DNA from: Rhodospirillaceae bacterium
GTDB taxonomy: Bacteria; Pseudomonadota; Alphaproteobacteria; MPNO01; UBA2964
Assembly (NCBI GenBank): GCA_038146865.1
Contig: JAYQSL010000001.1
Span: 82,157 to 146,156 of the forward strand
DNA length: 64,000 nt
Reading direction: 5' to 3'
The notes beneath the pieces were generated by a model. That model was not told the DNA's origin, did not search any database, and saw nothing but the letters and a program-made list of their open reading frames with translations. Numbering within the stretch: position 1 is the first letter of the stretch; each line of letters opens with the position of its first letter. The position numbers and the translations under genes were made by a program. Of this stretch, positions 42,615 to 51,837 are shown piece after piece.

Positions 42615-43917
42615 TTTTAGCCCTAGAGAGATTGTTTCTGAACTTAACAGATATATCGTCGGACAAGATGACGCCAAAAGAGCAGTAGCTGTTGCCCTAA
42701 GAAACCGTTGGCGCCGTCAACAATTAGAAGATGATTTAAAGGAAGAGGTTCTCCCAAAAAATATCTTAATGATTGGCCCAACAGGGGTTGGCAAAACCGA
42801 AATCGCGCGGCGCCTTGCTAGGCTAGCCCAAGCGCCATTTATTAAAGTAGAAGCAACCAAATTTACTGAGGTTGGATATGTGGGCCGCGATGTTGAACAA
42901 ATTATTCGAGACCTTTTAGAAAACGCAATACATGAAACCAGAGAACGGCAACGCAAAGCAGTTGTAGCGAAGGCAGAATTAGCCGCAGAAGAACGAGTTA
43001 TAACCGCACTTGTAGGAGAAAATGCAAGTTCCGAAACCCGGCAAAAATTCAGAAAAATGCTACGTGAAGGTGCCCTAGATGACCGGGAAATAGAGATCGA
43101 GACTTCCGCACCCGCAGGATCATCAATGCCTACTTTTGAAATTCCAGGGATGCCGGGGGCCCAAATGGGAATGCTGGATCTCAGCGACATGTTAGGAAAA
43201 GCATTCGGGGGGCAAAAAACTAAAAGGAAAATGACAGTTGGCGAGTCATACGAGGTTTTAATCGCGGATGAGAGCGATAATTTACTCGAAGAGGAAAACA
43301 TTGTCAGAAACGCTATCGAGGCAGTGGAGCAAAATGGAATTGTATTTCTCGATGAAATCGACAAAATCTGTGCAAGATCAGATCGCCATGGAGCTGATGT
43401 TAGTCGCGAGGGAGTGCAGAGGGATCTACTGCCTTTAATAGAAGGAACAACCGTGTCAACCAAACATGGGCCCGTAAAAACCGACCACGTCCTTTTCCTG
43501 GCATCTGGCGCATTTCATCTATCCAAACCATCCGATCTTCTGCCTGAGCTGCAGGGTCGTCTCCCGATTAGGGTAGAATTAAAGGCCCTTAGCGTGGATG
43601 ATTTACAATCTATTTTAACCGAGCCCGAGGCCAGTCTAGTCAGACAATACAAAGCTTTGCTCGCAACCGAAGATGTTACTCTGGAATTTAGTGACTCCGC
43701 TATCCGGGAAATAGCCAGTGTCGCAGCTGAAATTAATCAGTCGGTGGAAAATATCGGCGCTCGGCGCCTTCAAACTATCTTAGAGAAACTACTGGAAGAC
43801 ATAAGCTTTACAGCTACAGATAGAGCTGGTGAGGTCGTTACTATTAGCCCTGAAGAAGTAAGAAATACAGTAGGAAATCTCGCTAAAAATGCTGATCTCA
43901 ACAAGTTCATTCTCTAG
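42607..43917 (+). CDS. hslU: ATP-dependent protease ATPase subunit HslU.
   Basis: 436 aa AAA+. Walker [16 protein letters not shown]. Overlaps hslV by 8 nt. Confidence 0.9.
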   Translation: MSSFSPREIVSELNRYIVGQDDAKRAVAVALRNRWRRQQLEDDLKEEVLPKNILMIGPTGVGKTEIARRLARLAQAPFIKVEATKFTEVGYVGRDVEQIIRDLLENAIHETRERQRKAVVAKAELAAEERVITALVGENASSETRQKFRKMLREGALDDREIEIETSAPAGSSMPTFEIPGMPGAQMGMLDLSDMLGKAFGGQKTKRKMTVGESYEVLIADESDNLLEEENIVRNAIEAVEQNGIVFLDEIDKICARSDRHGADVSREGVQRDLLPLIEGTTVSTKHGPVKTDHVLFLASGAFHLSKPSDLLPELQGRLPIRVELKALSVDDLQSILTEPEASLVRQYKALLATEDVTLEFSDSAIREIASVAAEINQSVENIGARRLQTILEKLLEDISFTATDRAGEVVTISPEEVRNTVGNLAKNADLNKFIL

Positions 43918-44465
43918 GGTCTTTTTCGGCGAATGAGAATATAAAAAGCTCCCCCGCCACCGTCCCTTGGTTGAGCCTCAGAAAAGCCCAAAATATATGG
44001 TCGCAACTCCTGACAATTTAACCAATTAGAAAATTGCTTGCGCAAAACGCCGCCGCCCTGTTTCACATTCCCCTTGCCTGTGATTGCGAGGATGCAACGA
44101 AACCCCCGCGTATGCGCCTCGGTTACGAAGTGCACCAGAGCAATAAAAGCTTCGGATTGCGACATTCCATGTAAATCTAATCGGCTCTCTGGCCTTAAGT
44201 GACCCCGCTTCAAACGCAACATAGTTTTTCTATCAACGTCTACAGGAAAACCAGCTGAAAGATAAGAATGAGAACGCTCACCTCGTTTTTCTATCAACGG
44301 CTTCTTGATGTCTCGGGGCCGGCTCTGCGGCAGGACGCCGGCGATATGAACATGCTTAGCATTCCGCGACGGTTTTTTTTCTACATTTTCCATCGCAGCT
44401 TCAAAAAGTTTTTCTTCCTCGACAGTCAACTTTTTGGGGTAGAATTTATTCATTGGGGACACCAT
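43914..44465 (-). CDS. Smr-domain protein.
   Basis: 183 aa. C-terminal Smr domain ([19 protein letters not shown]...ILAITGKG). Confidence 0.6.
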   Translation of the reverse strand: MVSPMNKFYPKKLTVEEEKLFEAAMENVEKKPSRNAKHVHIAGVLPQSRPRDIKKPLIEKRGERSHSYLSAGFPVDVDRKTMLRLKRGHLRPESRLDLHGMSQSEAFIALVHFVTEAHTRGFRCILAITGKGNVKQGGGVLRKQFSNWLNCQELRPYILGFSEAQPRDGGGGAFYILIRRKRP

Positions 44466-45610
44466 TAAGACCCTGTTTGAAAATTAAAATTGCCCTTCGG
44501 AAGTAATATAAATAGATCGCCTGTTTGTTTCATTCTTCCGGCAATATCAGCCGCCGGGCTACCCGTACCAAAAAATATATCTGCCCGAATTGGCCCTTTA
44601 ATAGCTGCCCCGGTGTCTTGAGCTATCATGAGTCTTTGCAACGGTTTTTTGGTTTCTGGTACTGACGTACTGATCCACACTGGAGCGCCAAGGGGGATAA
44701 AGTTTGGGTCAATCGCTATGCTGGATCTAGGGGTTAATTTGACACCTAACGCCCCCAAAACCCCGGGCCCAGGCAATTCTCTGAAGAAAATATACCGTGC
44801 GTTGTGATTTAATAATTCTCTAACCTTGCTCGGATTAGCAGCCAACCAACTCCTTATTGACTGCATGGAAAGATTTTCTTTTTCGATGAGGCCTTTTTTA
44901 ATTAGTACTTGCCCTATCGCGGTATAGGGGTGCCCATTATTGGCAGCATAGCCAATTTGCATGGTTTGACTATGTGGCAGTAATACCCTCCCAGACCCCT
45001 GTATTTGGAGAAAAAAAATGTCGGTAAGATTATCACCCCACGCTAAAACTTCCGTACTCTTTAGCAATTCATGATTTTCGATTTGTTCGCGAGTTAAGTA
45101 AGGTCTTAATGACCCATTCTTTTCTCTCCCAAATATTTTTCGTCTTGGTAAACGACGGTCAAAATGCTTGAGAGACACGCCAATCAAGTCTTTTGGACGA
45201 GCATAAATTGGATATTTAAATTTATCAGTCCTTATCCGCGATCCTTTGAGTTCTATTTCATAATATCCCGTGAATAACCCCGTATGAGCTGTTGAGCTCA
45301 CTTTCCAGGGCACAAAATTTTTCATGAAAAAATCTCGGGCGTCCTCGTCAGTCCGCAACTCTATCTTTGAGGATCTATGGCACAACTGGTCCCATTCTTT
45401 TTGATCAAAACTTTCTAGCTTCTGAACATTATTGAAAGTACGACCCGATACTAAGCTACAACTCGCCGAGAAAGACTTTAGCGCTATTCGCAATTCCTTT
45501 TTCGACCAACCGGGTATTTCTTGATATCCAACAGGAGTGTAGGAAACAGTACTGCTCGGAGGAAGAGAACCGCAGGATGTGAGAAGTAGCCCCGCCCCCA
45601 CGGAAACCAA
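44465..45610 (-). CDS. mltA: Membrane-bound lytic murein transglycosylase A (MltA) lipoprotein. The start is probably TTG at 45608..45610, not the ORF-track 45715, which overlaps the upstream gene.
   Basis: MltA/3D domains. Signal or lipobox LVSVGAGLLLTSCGS immediately after the proposed TTG. The longer ORF would overlap the Tim44-like gene by 86 nt. Confidence 0.7.
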   Translation of the reverse strand: MVSVGAGLLLTSCGSLPPSSTVSYTPVGYQEIPGWSKKELRIALKSFSASCSLVSGRTFNNVQKLESFDQKEWDQLCHRSSKIELRTDEDARDFFMKNFVPWKVSSTAHTGLFTGYYEIELKGSRIRTDKFKYPIYARPKDLIGVSLKHFDRRLPRRKIFGREKNGSLRPYLTREQIENHELLKSTEVLAWGDNLTDIFFLQIQGSGRVLLPHSQTMQIGYAANNGHPYTAIGQVLIKKGLIEKENLSMQSIRSWLAANPSKVRELLNHNARYIFFRELPGPGVLGALGVKLTPRSSIAIDPNFIPLGAPVWISTSVPETKKPLQRLMIAQDTGAAIKGPIRADIFFGTGSPAADIAGRMKQTGDLFILLPKGNFNFQTGS

Positions 45611-45629
45611 TCTATACCAGCGTAGTAAC

Positions 45630-46328
45630 TTATGATCCCTCAGGAGTCCGTGTCTCCACAAGTGTCCAATTGGGATCCCTAGCTTGTGTATTTCTTGCAA
45701 AAATCCAAATGTCACTGATCTTTTCTATCTGATTAGGGTCTCCAGATACAATATTATCATCTTTATCACGGGTAATGTTCACTTGCTCAGAGTCAAATCG
45801 CATCGTGATAAAAGCCATCCGACCGTCGACTCGAGCGTCGATCACTTCAGCGGCCTTTATACCAATAAGCGTAAAGTCTAGTTTCTCGCCTGCTTCATTG
45901 CGTTGTTTTATAGCAGCCGAGAAATCATCGAATACTTCATCGTTTAATAGGGTGCGGAGGGTTTCTTCATTACCTTCAGCATAGGCTTGGACGACCAACT
46001 CAAACGCTCCCCTCGCCCCTTCTTCAAATTCGCTCGAATCAAAGTTTGGATCCGCAATCTTAACTTCTGTCAGAGCCGCAGCAAGCGGATTATCAGGGGT
46101 TACCTCCGAATGGACACCCGCAGGGTGAGAAGCTTCGTTTTTTGAATTAGGGAATTCCACCAGGTTATCATCAGACGCTGGCTTCTCTTCATTTCGGGAA
46201 GAATATTCTTCCGTCGGTGGTCTCTGATGGCCTGTTTTTTTACCCAAAACACTCCTAAGTCGCAAAACCAAAAAGGCCGCGATCATTGCAAAAAGAATGA
46301 TATCGAGCGCTTGAAATCCGTCGCCCAT
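45630..46328 (-). CDS. Tim44-like domain protein (alphaproteobacterial homologue of mitochondrial Tim44).
   Basis: 232 aa. N-terminal TM helix, acidic linker, C-terminal NTF2-like Tim44 domain. Conserved neighbourhood with mltA/smr/secB. Confidence 0.6.
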   Translation of the reverse strand: MGDGFQALDIILFAMIAAFLVLRLRSVLGKKTGHQRPPTEEYSSRNEEKPASDDNLVEFPNSKNEASHPAGVHSEVTPDNPLAAALTEVKIADPNFDSSEFEEGARGAFELVVQAYAEGNEETLRTLLNDEVFDDFSAAIKQRNEAGEKLDFTLIGIKAAEVIDARVDGRMAFITMRFDSEQVNITRDKDDNIVSGDPNQIEKISDIWIFARNTQARDPNWTLVETRTPEGS

Positions 46329-46444
46329 GCTCTCTCCAAATCCGAAATTCTATCCCAAAAATATTCTTTGCGTTATAAATCAATCAGCTGACTAGTCGCT
46401 CTTTCTACACCAAAAGGTAAGTTTTCAATAGGTAAATCTCAAGT

Positions 46445-46921
46445 ATGAAGCATCTAATTTATACGATTTTGGTAATAATCCCCCTTATGGAGATAGCTGT
46501 TTTCATTGAGTTTTCAGAAGCCTTTGGGACCTGGACCACGATTATATTAATACTTGTAACTGCACTGATCGGCGGCAAGTTATTCCGATCCCAAGGTCTG
46601 CAAACTTTACAAAGTGCCATAGCGAGTACAGAAAAAAATGTGTTTCCTGCACAAGAGCTCTATTCTGGTGCTTGTATTCTGTTAGCAGGTCTTTTGCTCA
46701 TTACACCAGGAATTCTTACTGATCTCCTCGGTTTAGCACTATTTTTCCCCCCTTGCCGTCGCCATATAGGACTGAAAATTTTGCGGTTTTTAAACGGCCG
46801 CTTCAATTTTCAACGCCACGCAGACGTAAACAATAATACAGAGGACAAGTACCAGTCCGGTCAAACAATAGAAACTAATTATCGAGAGGTTATCGAGGAG
46901 GACCCTCCACATAAGCCCTAG
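46445..46921 (+). CDS. fxsA: FxsA-family cytoplasmic membrane protein.
   Basis: 158 aa. N-terminal pair of TM helices typical of FxsA (MKHLIYTILVIIPLMEIAVFIEF...). Confidence 0.65.
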   Translation: MKHLIYTILVIIPLMEIAVFIEFSEAFGTWTTIILILVTALIGGKLFRSQGLQTLQSAIASTEKNVFPAQELYSGACILLAGLLLITPGILTDLLGLALFFPPCRRHIGLKILRFLNGRFNFQRHADVNNNTEDKYQSGQTIETNYREVIEEDPPHKP

Positions 46922-47013
46922 AAACCATCTAAAAAAAGAGTATCAAACAGTCACTTGTTTGCTTTTTCGATACGTGTTAGCGACCAAGTGCCCAGATAAT
47001 TAAAGGATTTTTA

Positions 47014-47487
47014 ATGGCAGACGAACAAGCAAATGGAAGCCTAACCACGTCCGAAAACGAAGATGATGCTTCTCTAGCACCAGAAATAACCATAGAAGCT
47101 CAATACACCAAGGACCTATCTTTTGAGAACCCTTCGGCGCCAGGAACCAACACTGAGGTTCCTGACATTAGTGTCGACGTGACTACAGGTGTCCGACCGA
47201 TAGGGGATGATTACCATGAGACTACATTGCAATTTAAAGCTGAGGCGAAAACTGGGGAAGAAGTAATATTTATTGTAGAACTTACCTACGGAGCCGTTAT
47301 GAAAGTCACGGGCGTTCCGCAAGAAGCAATAGGCGCAGTCCTGCTCACAGAAGGGGCCCGGCTCATTTTTCCTTTCGCCCGTAATATCATTGCAGATGTC
47401 ACGCGGGATGGGGGCTTCCCCCCACTATTCTTGCAGCCAATTGATTTTATCGAACTATACAACAGACAACATCATCCAGAGGGGTAG
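47014..47487 (+). CDS. secB: Protein-export chaperone SecB.
   Basis: 157 aa. SecB fold (…FIVELTYGAVMKV…). Confidence 0.85.
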   Translation: MADEQANGSLTTSENEDDASLAPEITIEAQYTKDLSFENPSAPGTNTEVPDISVDVTTGVRPIGDDYHETTLQFKAEAKTGEEVIFIVELTYGAVMKVTGVPQEAIGAVLLTEGARLIFPFARNIIADVTRDGGFPPLFLQPIDFIELYNRQHHPEG

Positions 47488-47504
47488 TTTGAGGTCCCTC
47501 AGCC

Positions 47505-48179
47505 CTACCGGTCCCACAGCGGGTTTTCAAGTTTTTTAACGAGTGCGGAGTGAGCGATAAGTTCTTCTTCAGTAGGAGAATGCGCTCTAGGAGGTCTCTT
47601 GACAGAGTGCAACTCGATCTCCGGCTTAGAATTAATCGTCGTTCTCTCTGTTAACCCCAATCCTGGCTGTTTTCCACCTCGCAATTCAAGATAAACCTCC
47701 GCCAAGAGTTCTGCATCTAGCAATGCGCCGTGTTTGCTTCGGCGAGAGTTATCGATGGAAAATCTTCGACAAAGCGCATCTAAACTGGCAGGAGCGCCAG
47801 GGTATCTTGATCTGGCCAGACTCACGGTATCAATAGCCTGACTATTAGGTATGTTACACTTTCCCAAAGCTTCTAATTCATTATTAATGAAACCAAGGTC
47901 GAAAGCGGAATTATGAATTACCAAGGGCGAGGAACCGACAAATTCTAAAAATGACGACGCCACCTCCGAAAATACTGGTTTATCTGCCAAAAACTCCGCG
48001 GTTAATCCATGAACTGCTTCCGCCTCGGCCGGCATATCTCTTTCGGGGTTGATGTAACAATGGAAAACTTCACCGGTTGCCACATGATTTTCTAACTCCA
48101 CACAACCAATTTCGACCAGTCTATCACCATTTTTCGGCGATAAACCGGTCGTTTCCGTGTCCAGCACCACTTCACGCAT
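47505..48179 (-). CDS. dnaQ: DNA polymerase III epsilon subunit (3'-5' exonuclease) DnaQ.
   Basis: 224 aa. Exo I motif VVLDTETTGL; Exo II/III present. Confidence 0.85.
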   Translation of the reverse strand: MREVVLDTETTGLSPKNGDRLVEIGCVELENHVATGEVFHCYINPERDMPAEAEAVHGLTAEFLADKPVFSEVASSFLEFVGSSPLVIHNSAFDLGFINNELEALGKCNIPNSQAIDTVSLARSRYPGAPASLDALCRRFSIDNSRRSKHGALLDAELLAEVYLELRGGKQPGLGLTERTTINSKPEIELHSVKRPPRAHSPTEEELIAHSALVKKLENPLWDR

Positions 48180-48185
48180 TTTCTA

Positions 48186-48818
48186 TTAGCCGCGTAGCTC
48201 CAGCCATCCCGGTCTCCAAATTTTAGGTTTCGATTGGTTTAAGAAAAAAACAATTGTTGATAATGCATTAAAAGTATGGCGTCTTCCAATACCGGTATTG
48301 ATAATAAAATCAGCCTTCTTCCGTTTGAGCTGATCACTCATTTGGTTTGATCTTATATTATTATATCGTTCTTCCGTCATCCCAGACCGGGTCATTACCC
48401 GCTGTTTTTGAAGAAACTCTGGGGCTGTCACGACAGCAATTACGTCGCACCGCTTATCGGCACCGTTTTCAAACAGAAGGGGTATATCAAGCGCAGCTAT
48501 AGAATAGCGATTTCTAGAACAATCTCGCAAAAATTTCTCCTGCGCTTCCCACACCATAGGATGGATTATTTCCTCTAATTTACGTAACAAGCTCGTGTCT
48601 TTTAAAACCAATTTACCAAGGATTTGCCGATCTATTTTTCCGCATTTAATCGTGTCAGGAAAAATTTTCTTTATCTGGCCTGTAGCGGCACCATTTGGAG
48701 CCATAAATTGATGCGTTAGGGCGTCGGCGTCACACACGGGCACCCCGAGCCGCGAAAGCATATTACTAGCAGTGCTCTTGCCCATACCAATCGATCCTGT
48801 TAACCCTAAAATGATCAT
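48186..48818 (-). CDS. coaE: Dephospho-CoA kinase CoaE.
   Basis: 210 aa. P-loop GLTGSIGMGKST. Confidence 0.85.
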   Translation of the reverse strand: MIILGLTGSIGMGKSTASNMLSRLGVPVCDADALTHQFMAPNGAATGQIKKIFPDTIKCGKIDRQILGKLVLKDTSLLRKLEEIIHPMVWEAQEKFLRDCSRNRYSIAALDIPLLFENGADKRCDVIAVVTAPEFLQKQRVMTRSGMTEERYNNIRSNQMSDQLKRKKADFIINTGIGRRHTFNALSTIVFFLNQSKPKIWRPGWLELRG

Positions 48819-49675
48819 TTTAAGTCCCCAACCAATGCAGCGTTAATGGTTTTTCTGAGGTCGTTGGTTATCTTTGGTTCAATATCAAACCAAGCTTTGA
48901 AACCGGGTCGTGCCTGATGCAAAAGCATTTCCAGACCATTTATAATCGGGTTACCGCGAGCTTTAGCTCGTTTTAGCAAATTCGTCATAAGCGGTGTATA
49001 GACAATGTCATTTACCACTGCTGACTTCGGTAGAAGATCTAGATCAAGGTCTAACGGAGGTTGTCCTACCATCCCACAACTGGTTGTATTTACCAGCAGC
49101 GAGATATCAGCGAGAGCTTTATTGCGGTCGCTCCATCGCCAAAATTTGCAGCCAGAGCCCAACTCTAGAGCTAATTTTTCCGCTCGGCTATCGGTGCGGT
49201 TGGTTATTCTAATTTCTTGCGCACCCCAATTTTTTAAAGCATGCAAAACTGCCTTGGAAGCCCCACCGGATCCAATTACTACCGCGTTTTTACCAAATAG
49301 GTTCCATCCTGCGTTTGTATTAGTTTCGATAGCCGCTCTAAATCCAAAACTATCGGTATTGTATCCAACCGTTGTGCCCCCAGTTCGGAAGACTATCGTA
49401 TTTACAGCTCCTATTTCTCGAGCGGTTTCATCGATTTTATCCAGGATAGAAAGACATGCTTCCTTGTGGGGTATAGTCAAATTTACACCGGTTAAACCTA
49501 AGTTTTTACACGCGTCTATCGACTCTGTTAAATCGCCCGGAGAAATTTCAAGTGGAATATAAGAGCCCCGCTTATTGTATTTTTTTATCCAAAAGTTATG
49601 GATTAGCGGAGACAGAGAGTGTGATACGGGCCATCCTAGAATTCCCGTTAATTTATAGTCGTTCCTATCGGTCAC
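48815..49675 (-). CDS. aroE: Shikimate dehydrogenase AroE.
   Basis: 286 aa. Shikimate-binding N-domain and NADP Rossmann GSGGASKAV. Confidence 0.85.
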   Translation of the reverse strand: MTDRNDYKLTGILGWPVSHSLSPLIHNFWIKKYNKRGSYIPLEISPGDLTESIDACKNLGLTGVNLTIPHKEACLSILDKIDETAREIGAVNTIVFRTGGTTVGYNTDSFGFRAAIETNTNAGWNLFGKNAVVIGSGGASKAVLHALKNWGAQEIRITNRTDSRAEKLALELGSGCKFWRWSDRNKALADISLLVNTTSCGMVGQPPLDLDLDLLPKSAVVNDIVYTPLMTNLLKRAKARGNPIINGLEMLLHQARPGFKAWFDIEPKITNDLRKTINAALVGDLK

Positions 49676-50274
49676 AAGGTTATCAAGCCACGGGTCCTGA
49701 AATATTTTAATAGTAGAATTATTGGTAATCCCAACACGGTAAAAAAGTCTCCCTCTATTTTATCTATAAGGTGAATACCATATCCCTCCACTTTATAGCC
49801 TCCTGGACCATTAAATAATTCCTTTTCAGATTTAACTAGGTAGTGTTCAAGAAACTGATCGGTAAAATCACTAAATTGAATTGATGCCTTATCCGTTTGG
49901 TGCCAGACCCTTTGGCCACCCTCAGCTACGCACACTGAGCTTATTAGATTATGAGAACTATTGCGTAGATTAAGAAGTTGTTCTCGAGCTTGGTCCTTAG
50001 TCTTAGGTTTACTTAAAATAGTACCGTTCAGTTCTAAAACTTGATCTCCACCAATCACAATACATTCCGGATGTTTTTGACTTATTTTACAAGCCTTCCT
50101 TTCTGCTAAAAAGGTTGCCACCTCTTGGGGGTGCGCTTTAGCCGCAACGAGCGACCTTTTAATCTCTTCTTCATCGATGTGAGCCGGAAAAGATTCAAAA
50201 ACTAACCCCGCGTTTTCCAGCAATTTTCTGCGGGTAACACTCTCTGAGGCTAAGATAAGTTTCACTTTTTCCAT
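49672..50274 (-). CDS. maf: Maf-like nucleotide pyrophosphatase. Start re-called to ATG at 50272..50274; the ORF-track extension to 50343 is unlikely.
   Basis: MEKVKLILASESVTRRKLL... is a typical Maf N-terminus (LILASxSxxR). Confidence 0.8.
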   Translation of the reverse strand: MEKVKLILASESVTRRKLLENAGLVFESFPAHIDEEEIKRSLVAAKAHPQEVATFLAERKACKISQKHPECIVIGGDQVLELNGTILSKPKTKDQAREQLLNLRNSSHNLISSVCVAEGGQRVWHQTDKASIQFSDFTDQFLEHYLVKSEKELFNGPGGYKVEGYGIHLIDKIEGDFFTVLGLPIILLLKYFRTRGLITL

Positions 50275-50536
50275 GCCATTTCTGTCCTCTGTCCAATCTA
50301 AAAAACGGAAATATGCAAACGAAAACCTTATCCGTTCTCTCAATGAGAACCGAACATTTACTGTCGGGCTTAATCAAATTTTTATTAACAATTCTAAATT
50401 GGCTAGCTATCTCAAAAATCTCTATTACTTCTAATAATAGGGGAAAACCCTAAGTCCCTCAAAGAATTTCAAATTATAACCGCGTGATTAAATTATCATC
50501 TCTAAATCTTCCAGATGTGCAAAAAAGAAATCCTTC

Positions 50537-50545
50537 TGGGGATAA
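50537..50545. promoter_or_regulatory. DnaA-box-like 9-mer TGGGGATAA (8/9 to TGTGGATAA).
   Basis: Direct sequence match inside the candidate origin. Confidence 0.3.
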
Positions 50546-50570
50546 AATTTTATTACCGCTATTGAGACAC

Positions 50571-50579
50571 TGTGGAAAA
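50571..50579. promoter_or_regulatory. DnaA-box-like 9-mer TGTGGAAAA (8/9 to TGTGGATAA).
   Basis: Direct sequence match inside the candidate origin. Confidence 0.3.
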
Positions 50580-50650
50580 AATTGCTCACATATTTAATTA
50601 TTGTTTCTTAATTATAAGCTCAAAGAATTGTTAATTTTTTCTTATGAAGA

Positions 50651-50659
50651 ATATCCACT
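50651..50659. promoter_or_regulatory. DnaA-box-like 9-mer ATATCCACT (7/9 to TTATCCACA).
   Basis: Direct sequence match inside the candidate origin. Confidence 0.25.
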
Positions 50660-50775
50660 AAAGACATCTTATTTTATTAATTGTTGTTAATCCTCAGTTT
50701 TCACAGGTCCAACAACTAAAACAATTTATTATAATATATATTTTTTATTGAACGTTTTAATTAAGAAGACTCGCC

Positions 50776-51834
50776 ATGAAGGACCCACTAAGCCCGAAAA
50801 AAAGATTTCTCAACGCTTTGAATAGGATTGGTGTTGATAGGCCTCCTATTTGGCTCATGCGACAAGCTGGCCGTTATCTCCCTGAATATCGAAAAATTCG
50901 CGGAGAGGTAACCGGGTTCCTAGACCTTTGCTATAATCCAAATTTAGCGGCAGAAGTTACCATGCAGCCAATTCGGAAATTTCAATTGGACGCTGCTATT
51001 ATATTTTCTGATATACTCGTGATTCCCCATGCAGCAGGAAGTGAACTAACATTTGTAGAAAACCAAGGCCCAATATTAACACCCTTAAAAAATAAAAATG
51101 ATATTTCAGCCTTAGATTTCACGAATATCACTGAACGGTTAACCCCTGTTTATGAAGCAATAAAAATTACCCGCAGTCAGCTCGGAGAAAAAACTGCCCT
51201 TATAGGGTTCAGCGGCGCACCGTGGACACTTTCTTCCTATATGATTGAGGGAGGAAGCAGTAGAGAGTTCCTAAAGCTTAGGAAGTTGGCTGCAGAGCAA
51301 CCTGAGATATTACAGAGCCTGTTTGACGGCTTAGAAACAGCAATTGCCGCGCATCTAATTGCCCAGATAGAATCTGGGGCAGACGCGGTTCAAATTTTTG
51401 ATAGCTGGGCTGGTATTTTAAATACTCTTGATTTTGATCGCTGGTGTTTAGACCCAGTATTAAGAATTTGTGAAAGGATAAAAAACATTTATCCTCAAAC
51501 GCCCATTATTGTATTCCCGAGGTTAGCAGGTATCAGATATTTAAATTTCCTCAAAAGCCCAGCAGTCGACGCTGTTAGTATAGACCAAACTGTCCCGTTA
51601 AATTGGGCAAGAAAATACCTTTCTTCTAGTTTGGCAATTCAAGGCAATCTTGACCCAATGTGTTTATTAGTTGGCGGAGATAGATTGAAATCTGACGTTT
51701 ATAAAATAATGGAAGTTTTCGGAGATCAGCCAGGGTTTATCTTTAATCTAGGTCACGGAGTCATAAAAGATACAAATCCAGAGAATGTAGAGACTTTGTG
51801 TAAGCTTATTCGCTCTTGGCCAGGGGGTGGTTGA
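50776..51834 (+). CDS. hemE: Uroporphyrinogen decarboxylase HemE.
   Basis: 352 aa. N-terminal PIWLMRQAGRYLPEY signature. Confidence 0.9.
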   Translation: MKDPLSPKKRFLNALNRIGVDRPPIWLMRQAGRYLPEYRKIRGEVTGFLDLCYNPNLAAEVTMQPIRKFQLDAAIIFSDILVIPHAAGSELTFVENQGPILTPLKNKNDISALDFTNITERLTPVYEAIKITRSQLGEKTALIGFSGAPWTLSSYMIEGGSSREFLKLRKLAAEQPEILQSLFDGLETAIAAHLIAQIESGADAVQIFDSWAGILNTLDFDRWCLDPVLRICERIKNIYPQTPIIVFPRLAGIRYLNFLKSPAVDAVSIDQTVPLNWARKYLSSSLAIQGNLDPMCLLVGGDRLKSDVYKIMEVFGDQPGFIFNLGHGVIKDTNPENVETLCKLIRSWPGGG

Positions 51835-51837
51835 TGA

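Larger units (their letters stand above)
50344..50775. other. oriC: Candidate chromosomal replication origin (oriC/Cori-type) in the maf/hemE intergenic region.
   Basis: AT-rich gap of about 430-500 bp between divergent maf and hemE, the conserved origin position in alphaproteobacteria. Three DnaA-box-like 9-mers and a strongly AT-rich stretch (50721..50760). parS sites and parAB/mnmEG/rho lie 3-12 kb away. Confidence 0.55.

Noticed and set aside
42717-43463. 248-aa ORF antisense to hslU. Similar long antisense ORFs: 49005..49562 opposite aroE, 31051..31431 opposite rdgB, 58573..58953 opposite mnmG, 11789..12148 and 13117..13548 opposite glnD.
   Set aside because: They lie entirely within strongly supported genes on the other strand. 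They are low-complexity and Ser/Pro/Arg-rich, typical shadow ORFs of GC-rich coding sequence, with no motifs.
50195-50377. 60-aa ORF and the 23-codon N-terminal extension of maf reaching into the origin region.
   Set aside because: The Maf family N-terminus begins at MEKVKLILASES (50274). The extension has no homology and would invade the AT-rich origin.
50380-50700. Possible CtrA boxes (TTAA-N7-TTAA) in the candidate origin, e.g. TTAA-N6-TTAA at 50677..50690 and TTAA-N7-AAAT at 50385..50399.
   Set aside because: None has the correct 7-nt spacing with two intact TTAA half-sites. AT-rich DNA yields TTAA by chance.
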